The translations under genes were made by a program, and so were the position numbers. Below are positions 17,558 to 24,000 of a stretch of 24,000 nucleotides of DNA, piece after piece. The DNA lies in assembly GCA_964627915.1 (NCBI GenBank), contig CAZVKY010000008.1, forward strand, positions 7,678 through 31,677, in the 5' to 3' direction. The stretch's first letter is position 1. Each line of letters begins with the position of its first letter. The DNA comes from an uncultured Thermoplasmatales archaeon (GTDB lineage: Archaea; Thermoplasmatota; E2; DHVEG-1). Under the pieces are notes generated by a model that saw only the letters and a list, made by a program, of their open reading frames with translations, was not told where the DNA came from and did not search any database.

Positions 17558-18253
17558 TTATTTCAAAATTTTGGTAGAAACATTGCCCTTTGTGCTTTCA
17601 TTTAACCGATCATAGAGTTGTGTTTGCATTCCTGCTGCAAGTCTGATGATACCAATCCAGGATCCATCTGACTGCCAGTCTTCTTGTTCCAATACACCGA
17701 ATTGTCTTACTATCCCATATGCTTTTCCTGCATATTGAGCAGGGATTTTAATAGAAACTTTCACTCGTTCCATAGAAAGAGGGATAATCGGTCGGATGGC
17801 GTTTATGGTTTCTTTCACTTGTTCTCTGACCGGTTTAAAGGGATCAATATGAACCCCTGCTTCGTCCATGGCCCGTTCAATTCGTTGCCGTGGATGAGGA
17901 GTTTTTGTTTGTGGATCCATTGCATTTTTACTGATTTGTTCAACCACTCGTTTCTTTTTATTTTGTTGCATTTTGTGTCGTTGATCGGTGGTAAGTTGGA
18001 TGTCTCCGTGTTTCAGGATAGCAGTGGCAATGCTGTTAATATTAGTGCTATCAAAGTGTTCTTTTAAGGTTTCTTCAGGAGCATGGGTTCCTTTTTTGGC
18101 ATCAATAAAGATTGCGTCAATTGCCAGATGATCAACAATGTTGATATCTTCTCCTTCGATTAAATCTGCAGCGGCATAGGGATCAACCAGAATTTCAAAA
18201 TGATCCTCGCCTTTTTTTAATCGAGCGATCACTGCATCATCTAGGCTTACCAA
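17558..18253 (-). CDS. sdo1: ribosome maturation protein SBDS
   Basis: MVSLDDAVIARLKKGEDHFEILVDPYAAADL ... FIDAKKGTHAPEETLKEHF ... MDEAGVHIDPFKPVREQVKETINAIRPIIPLSME; 231 aa. Confidence 0.96.
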   Translation of the reverse strand: MVSLDDAVIARLKKGEDHFEILVDPYAAADLIEGEDINIVDHLAIDAIFIDAKKGTHAPEETLKEHFDSTNINSIATAILKHGDIQLTTDQRHKMQQNKKKRVVEQISKNAMDPQTKTPHPRQRIERAMDEAGVHIDPFKPVREQVKETINAIRPIIPLSMERVKVSIKIPAQYAGKAYGIVRQFGVLEQEDWQSDGSWIGIIRLAAGMQTQLYDRLNESTKGNVSTKILK

Positions 18254-18255
18254 TC

Positions 18256-18978
18256 TTAATTTCCTCCAATCGCTTTAATCACATAATCCTTGGCTTTATC
18301 TTGATCAAGAATATGAAACTCAAAATCTTTATCAACCATACCGATTTCTGTGGCCTCTGGATTGAGTTTTTCTTCTGTTGCTTGATGAAGGGCCTTTATT
18401 CCTAAGTCAAGTCCTTCTTCCATGGTAAGATCATCTTTGTAATGTTCTTCAAAATAACTCATGGCTCCATTTCTGCCTGATCCTTCACTGCTGGCTTTAT
18501 ATTCCATTAATGCGCCTGATGGATCAGTTGCAAACAATCGTGGACCGGTTTCATCGTATCCAGCAACAAGAAGTGCTGTTCCAAAGGGTCTTACGCCACC
18601 ATATTGTGTATAGGTTTGTTTGAAATCACAAATTTTTTTCACTAATGTTTTTACTTGGATTTTCTCATCATAGGTGATATCATTGATTTGGGCATCAACT
18701 CGGGCTCTATCAATCAATGATCGGGCATCTGCAACAAGACCTGATGTGGCACAGCCAACATGATCATCTATTTTGAAGATTTTTTCTATGGATCCAGGTT
18801 CAATTAAATGTGATGTAATTCGTTTGTCAACGATGAGAATGACCCCTGTTTTGTATTTTAATCCAACAGTGGTTGTTCCTCGTTTAACCGCTTCACGAGC
18901 ATATTCGACCTGAAATAATCTTCCATCTGGAGAGAAAACAGTAATTGCTCTATCATACGCCATATTTGTAGGTTGCAT
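18256..18978 (-). CDS. psmA: proteasome subunit alpha
   Basis: AYDRAITVFSPDGRLFQVEYAREAVKRGTTTVGLKYKTGVIL ... RPFGTALLVAGYDETGPRLFATDPSGALMEYKA; GAGGTGA SD upstream. Confidence 0.97.
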   Translation of the reverse strand: MQPTNMAYDRAITVFSPDGRLFQVEYAREAVKRGTTTVGLKYKTGVILIVDKRITSHLIEPGSIEKIFKIDDHVGCATSGLVADARSLIDRARVDAQINDITYDEKIQVKTLVKKICDFKQTYTQYGGVRPFGTALLVAGYDETGPRLFATDPSGALMEYKASSEGSGRNGAMSYFEEHYKDDLTMEEGLDLGIKALHQATEEKLNPEATEIGMVDKDFEFHILDQDKAKDYVIKAIGGN

Positions 18979-19119
18979 GTTTCTTTCACCTCATTTTTTT
19001 CCCATATTTAATCGAATAACGATATAATGTTTTTTTTTACCTCAATACATTTGGGTGCTAAATAGTTTGTGTTACTCTTCCTACTAGTGGCATGAATTTT
19101 TTTTATGGTTAAAATGGGA

Positions 19120-19749
19120 TTATCGATGAGTTTCTTTTCCCCAAATGATTTTATGAAGTTGTAACCCAAGATGAACGGTTAGATTTGCTTGTAATATCCA
19201 TTCAGCGAGTTGTGTTGTTGAACTGCCCCAGACTGCTTGGAAATAGACTGGGCATGTTGGGTGGTATTGTTGTATCATGTTTTTTGCATAAGTAAAATCT
19301 TTTTTAGTCCCAATGATAAATTTAAGTTGATCTTGTTTTCGTAATAAACTGATAGTATCTACTTTCATATGATGTTGCATGGTGGACGAAGGACATTTGA
19401 TATCAAGTGATATGCATAAGGATTGTTTATTGAGAAGTGATTCTATGTTTTTTGATCCATTGGTTTCAATGCTACAATGATATCCGTGATTGATTAAATG
19501 TTCAATGAGCATTTCGGTTTCGTTTTGGATGAGTGGTTCCCCACCGGTGAGACAAACCGTGTTACATTCATAGTTTTTAATTTTTTCGCAGATGGCATTG
19601 ATGCTGAGTTCCTCTCCTTGTTTATAGGCATAGGTGGTATCACAGTAGGAGCAACGAAGGTTACATCCACTGGTCCGAATAAAGATGGTGGGTAGACCCA
19701 AAAATTTTCCTTCCCCCTGCAGGGAATAAAAGATTTCATTGATGTTCAT
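19120..19749 (-). CDS. queE: 7-carboxy-7-deazaguanine synthase-like radical SAM protein
   Basis: NEIFYSLQGEGKFLGLPTIFIRTSGCNLRCSYCDTTYAY (CX3CX2C), VCLTGGEPLIQ, CSIETNGS, LDIKCPSS; 209 aa. Confidence 0.9.
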   Translation of the reverse strand: MNINEIFYSLQGEGKFLGLPTIFIRTSGCNLRCSYCDTTYAYKQGEELSINAICEKIKNYECNTVCLTGGEPLIQNETEMLIEHLINHGYHCSIETNGSKNIESLLNKQSLCISLDIKCPSSTMQHHMKVDTISLLRKQDQLKFIIGTKKDFTYAKNMIQQYHPTCPVYFQAVWGSSTTQLAEWILQANLTVHLGLQLHKIIWGKETHR

Positions 19750-19841
19750 ATTATGAATGCATCAGAAATCATTGTTTAAAAAGGTTTATGGTTTCAAATT
19801 TTGCTTGATTTCAAATGTTTTTTCAGAGATTTTTAAGTAAT

Positions 19842-22800
19842 TTAGCTGGTCAGTTTGGCTTGCAATCTTGTTCTTATAACATCCAGTTTAAATCTCATCT
19901 GCCATCCCAGATAGATGATGAATCCAATGAGTGTTAAGTAAAAACCAATACCTGGCCCCCATTGACAAAGCAGGTTCACATTTTCTGTTTGACCAGGAAT
20001 GGAGATGGTAAGTTCATCGGTATCTGCAAAGCTTCCAACTCCTACTTTTGTTACCTCAGACATGGCGACATAGAATAAGATCGCAGAAAGGATAAGCAGT
20101 ATCATTGTAAATATGCTAATTATCATAGAAATCCGGGGGAATTTTTGATGGATGATTAATTCTAAAGCGATGAGAAGACTTGCACCAACGATGAGAGCAC
20201 TAATCAGTGTTAGTATCATGGTAAATTCTTCTGGAACAGAGCTTATTTCTCCACCAATGACTTGATCGGTGGTAGTAATCGTGATCAGGGTTGAAGGATA
20301 AATCATGGTTTTGGTATTGGTGGTAACCGTGCCATTGTCTCCAGTGAGCATCCACCAGGGGAAAAACAAAGAGAGTAATACTATAGCGATAACCAGGAAA
20401 TGTATACTATAATTTTTTTGTTTTTTCAGGAGGAAATAGAGAGCTAATCCAGCAAAAACCAGTAGAATAACGAGTGGTGCAACGGTGTGCGTCAATGAGG
20501 GATGATTACTTACGATATCAACAGATTTGTCTCCTTTGACCATCATGGTTTGTGCTGCAATTTTTTCAGTATCTGATCGGATGGTTATTTCATAGGTTCC
20601 TGGTGGTATGATGATCTTACCGGTTCCTTCTTCAAAAGAAGTTGAAACGGTTTTTCCTTGTCGTTGAACGGTGATCGTTCCCTGAGAAACTGGGTTTCCT
20701 ACGGAATCAAGTAGGGTACAATCAAGTAAAAATTCAGCGGGAAATGTGAAATCTAAAGCAATGTCCTTGTTGAGAGTAATGGTTTCTTCTACAACAAAGG
20801 ATTTGTAACTCATTTTGAGTTTATATGATCCAGGATATAAATCAGTGAACTCATACCAGGCATTGTTTTTATTGGTAGATGGTTGTAGTTTTTCTAAAAT
20901 GATCATTTCATTACTGGTTAACATTGGATTGATATCAACTGCTGGAGAAAGACCGAGAGTGTCTTTCACATTTATTTCGCAATGATATCGGTCAATGGTT
21001 ATTGTTTTCTGTATCGGTTTCAATCGGTTTATTGTTTTCAGCTGGATTTTTTGATCACTGATCAAAAACCCTTTGTAAAATCCTTGAAGTGTCAGTGTAT
21101 TTCTTTTGTAAAAAGGGAAATGAAGGGAAACTGAACCGTTTTCATCGGTGATATCTTCGGCAATGATGTAATCATTTATGGAAAGAGTGAATCTGGCATT
21201 TTCTACTGATTGATCTTTTTGATCTGTAACCGTTGCCTGAAGCATGGTTTGTTGTTTGCAGTAAATATGGGTTTTCGTGTTTGTCTCAAGTTTCACTGTT
21301 GCATAACCAATGTATTTTCGATCGTTTCCAAAAAGTGGGTTTTCTTTGTATATTTTTATGAGATAGTCCCCAGGTTCAAGATCATTGAACCGGATGGTTT
21401 TAAACAAGGTACTGTTTTTGATATCAAACATTCCTCTGATGAGATTGATTTTTTGTTTGAATGTGGTGTTGTCAAAGCTGACATCGATGTCTCCAATTTT
21501 TAATCGACTGATGGATCCGGAGGAAGCTAAATCATTTTCTTTATATATCTCTGCGGAGAGATATGAAATGTTTCTTCCCAGTCCTGCTGAGAGCAGTGAT
21601 CCAAGGGGAAAAGAGGGAGCAAGATGAACATAGGTAGTCAGGGTGTATCGTTTCTTTTCTTCTGCATCATCTTTATCAGTAGTAACATTTCCGCGGGCAA
21701 TCGGTCGAATTTTGTTTAAGGTTTGATACAAAATGGATTCTTCATCGACAGCTTCAAATCCACCGTTTTGAAGGGCGAGATATTGAACATCAAAAGTTAC
21801 ATTTGTTCCTGCCGATATTGCTGTTGAGTGGCTGCCATCTTCATAGGCATTTCGTAAGGCGTAAAGATCACCACTATCTGCTTCAAGACCTGGCAGTGCA
21901 ACATGTTGATGAACACTTGCTTTTACTTGGATTCCATCATTTGGGCCCTCTAATAAACCTGTGTTTTGGGCAAAGAGTAAAGCATGTGCTTTGCCAGAAT
22001 TTGGATCATCAATACAAAACCAGGCTTTTGAACCGAGGTCTTGATCATCATTGGTTCCTAGTAACCATTCAGCGGGATGAGCTTTGGGATCTGTTGGAAT
22101 ATCATAGCTTTTGGTGGTTTCATCTTCGGTATAAATATGGATTTTAGGAAGGATTGTTCCTAGATTCATATCATCAATTGTACCACTCCGTGCTTTGATA
22201 GTGGAAAGTGATGCATAGGTGCCCTCTCGTTGTTGTGTGCCTGCAACAGTGATATCTTGAATGATTTCATGGTTGACATTTACATGGAGATGTTTTGCAC
22301 TGGTTGGACAATAATAATAAGTGTAAATATTATTGGTTTTGATATCTTTTTTTGGAGAGGTTCCCTCCATTTGGATCCGGGTCATAAGGTTGCCATCAAC
22401 CAGTACTGTTTTTTTGATATTTTTTGCCCATTGTGATCCATCATGGGTGCCTGCGGGATCGGTGCTGTAGCTCATGTAAAATGAGGCGATTTGTTCGGCA
22501 TTGGTGGTGGTAAATTCTGTGGAGTTGGGAAGGAGTTTTATGATGGCATTGGACATGCCATTGCCGAGGAGTTCTCCTTTTTGACAGATAGCATAGAGGA
22601 CATAGCCATCCTGAGTGATACGATAGTAATCAAAATCCATGATCTGTCCTGAGATGGGTTCGTAATAATAATGGGTATCTTGTATGGTGATATGATCTTC
22701 ATATGTTACCGGATCTGTTTGTTGATCATCATAGAGGACATAATAGGTTTCTTTGCCAGTGGCATCTTTTGGGATTAAAAAAACCAGACTGCAGGCATCG

Positions 22801-23123
22801 ATATGGGTTTCATCTGTGTATGAAAGATCATAGATTTGAGATTCAATTTCTTCTAATCCGTTCCCATCATCATATGCTACTCTAATAGAGTGAACGGTTT
22901 CGTTTTTTGCCCAACAGCTCTGATCAAAGGTTATTCTTGTATCGATTGGTTGATACTCTGCAGAAGGAATACTAGTGTCAATGGGAATGGTTATTTCCTG
23001 TTTATATGAGAGTGTTTCAATGCTGGTAGAAACAATTGGATCTGCTAATGATGTTGGTGGATTAAAACATAAAAGAATGCTTAGGAAAAAAAGAAGGATG
23101 AGTCTTTTTTGAATAATAGCCAT
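19842..23123 (-). CDS. large secreted/surface protein with carboxypeptidase-regulatory-like repeats and C-terminal multi-TM domain
   Basis: 1093 aa. Signal peptide (MAIIQKRLILLFFLSILLCFNPPTSLA), repeated beta-sandwich-like segments (CKQQTMLQATVTDQKDQSVENARFTL; LLDSVGNPVSQGTITVQRQGKTVSTSFEEGTGKIIIPPGTYEITIRS), then about four hydrophobic helices. Confidence 0.75.
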   Translation of the reverse strand: MAIIQKRLILLFFLSILLCFNPPTSLADPIVSTSIETLSYKQEITIPIDTSIPSAEYQPIDTRITFDQSCWAKNETVHSIRVAYDDGNGLEEIESQIYDLSYTDETHIDACSLVFLIPKDATGKETYYVLYDDQQTDPVTYEDHITIQDTHYYYEPISGQIMDFDYYRITQDGYVLYAICQKGELLGNGMSNAIIKLLPNSTEFTTTNAEQIASFYMSYSTDPAGTHDGSQWAKNIKKTVLVDGNLMTRIQMEGTSPKKDIKTNNIYTYYYCPTSAKHLHVNVNHEIIQDITVAGTQQREGTYASLSTIKARSGTIDDMNLGTILPKIHIYTEDETTKSYDIPTDPKAHPAEWLLGTNDDQDLGSKAWFCIDDPNSGKAHALLFAQNTGLLEGPNDGIQVKASVHQHVALPGLEADSGDLYALRNAYEDGSHSTAISAGTNVTFDVQYLALQNGGFEAVDEESILYQTLNKIRPIARGNVTTDKDDAEEKKRYTLTTYVHLAPSFPLGSLLSAGLGRNISYLSAEIYKENDLASSGSISRLKIGDIDVSFDNTTFKQKINLIRGMFDIKNSTLFKTIRFNDLEPGDYLIKIYKENPLFGNDRKYIGYATVKLETNTKTHIYCKQQTMLQATVTDQKDQSVENARFTLSINDYIIAEDITDENGSVSLHFPFYKRNTLTLQGFYKGFLISDQKIQLKTINRLKPIQKTITIDRYHCEINVKDTLGLSPAVDINPMLTSNEMIILEKLQPSTNKNNAWYEFTDLYPGSYKLKMSYKSFVVEETITLNKDIALDFTFPAEFLLDCTLLDSVGNPVSQGTITVQRQGKTVSTSFEEGTGKIIIPPGTYEITIRSDTEKIAAQTMMVKGDKSVDIVSNHPSLTHTVAPLVILLVFAGLALYFLLKKQKNYSIHFLVIAIVLLSLFFPWWMLTGDNGTVTTNTKTMIYPSTLITITTTDQVIGGEISSVPEEFTMILTLISALIVGASLLIALELIIHQKFPRISMIISIFTMILLILSAILFYVAMSEVTKVGVGSFADTDELTISIPGQTENVNLLCQWGPGIGFYLTLIGFIIYLGWQMRFKLDVIRTRLQAKLTS

Positions 23124-23227
23124 GAAATAATAAATATACTCTTTAATATAAATATGTTTTTTATTATTTTATGTGTATTGTCGACAAAGAAATGATTATC
23201 TGAATAAATGGTGATAAAAAAAGAGAA

Positions 23228-24000
23228 TTAGAAGAAGAGCCATTGAACTAGATTAATAACAGGGATGCTCAACAGGATGATTCCAAGAATGGAAAGGAAA
23301 AAACCGATCTTGCCCAGTTTGTATTCATCTGGTAATACTTTTTGACTGAGATACACTGCACCTACCCCATAGATAAGAACACCGAATACTCCAAGAAACA
23401 TGAGGGTAAGACTAAGCATTAAGAGCACCGAAAGGCCTTTCCACATCAGAATGGAGAGGGGAATCCCTGGAACCAGGATGTATAAGATAACATAAAGCAT
23501 GAATCTTCTGTATTCTATTTTTTTGATTTTTGGGATGATGGTTTTTCCGGTTTCAAAAAGCATACGTGTTCCTGCTTCAAAACCTGCATATGCCGTTCCG
23601 AACAGGGCAAAGAACACACTGATTTTAAACAATGGTTCCAACCATGAGGCCATATGCGAAAAGATTCGTCCTTGTTCTGTGATCAAATCTAGATCTGATG
23701 GGAGGAGAGCACTGCCATCCGGTTGAAGACCGAGAAGGCTTTCCCCTGCTATCATGTAAGCTGTTGAAACGATGGAGACGACAAGAAAAGCAAACGCAAG
23801 ATCAATGAGTAATGGTTTAAGGAGTATCTTTGATTTTTTTATTTCTGTTTGATCATGTGGAAGATAAGTGATTTTTTTGTTTTTTGTGAAGGATTCAAGC
23901 AGTTGATGTGATAAAAGATGTGGATCAGTGGAGCTTCCAAAAATACCCCATTTTTTGACTTTGATCCAGCCCAGATATCCAATGAGAACAATCAAGGTAA
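23228..24000 (-). CDS. Nramp-like metal-transporter family membrane protein (C-terminal part, probably continues past the right edge)
   Basis: Multi-TM. The segment LDLITEQGRIFSHMASWLEPLFKISVFFALFGTAYAGFEAGTRMLFE resembles divergent Nramp proteins. The upstream end lies at the window edge. Confidence 0.5.
   Translation of the reverse strand, partial: TLIVLIGYLGWIKVKKWGIFGSSTDPHLLSHQLLESFTKNKKITYLPHDQTEIKKSKILLKPLLIDLAFAFLVVSIVSTAYMIAGESLLGLQPDGSALLPSDLDLITEQGRIFSHMASWLEPLFKISVFFALFGTAYAGFEAGTRMLFETGKTIIPKIKKIEYRRFMLYVILYILVPGIPLSILMWKGLSVLLMLSLTLMFLGVFGVLIYGVGAVYLSQKVLPDEYKLGKIGFFLSILGIILLSIPVINLVQWLFF

Noticed and set aside
17684-18067. Plus-strand 127-aa ORF
   Set aside because: Antisense to SBDS; His/Phe-rich composition typical of a shadow ORF.
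21803-22147. Plus-strand 114-aa ORF
   Set aside because: Antisense to the large surface-protein CDS; His/Leu-rich with no domain.
1-24000. CRISPR array, transposon, phage or defence island
   Set aside because: No regularly spaced direct repeats, transposase/integrase motifs, or toxin/nuclease/defence genes were seen; the content is mostly housekeeping.

Overview
AT-rich archaeal (euryarchaeal/Thermoplasmatota-like, inferred) chromosomal window, mostly housekeeping. The minus strand carries a proteasome/SBDS/exosome/ribosomal/RNA-polymerase superoperon: psmA, SBDS, rrp4, rrp41, rrp42, eL43 (L37Ae) and a 46-aa rpoP that the ORF track misses. Other genes: split glycine dehydrogenase (gcvPA/gcvPB), FAH-family hydrolase, queE, radC, a DUF362 membrane protein, PAS histidine kinase, double zinc-ribbon protein, HAD hydrolase, secreted GATase/BPL_N-like protein, a 1093-aa surface protein and an Nramp-like transporter (edge-truncated). 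Genes found by hand below the ORF-track cutoff: rpoP (14856-14996), eL41 (9344-9442), a 35-aa ORF translationally coupled to 4365-4559, and two tandem small ORFs with Shine-Dalgarno motifs (14507-14602, 14662-14787). The most interesting feature is a tRNA-Trp(CCA) gene at 9454-9595. Its 69-nt intron reads as a compact box C/D guide RNA with two 12-nt guides that register on C34 and C39 of the same tRNA, and it has an apparently compensatory C-box/D-box change. Also notable are a nested inverted-repeat element (13498-13600) that may be a structured RNA, and three frameshifts confined to the left 1.5 kb. I found no CRISPR array, transposase, defence or phage system.
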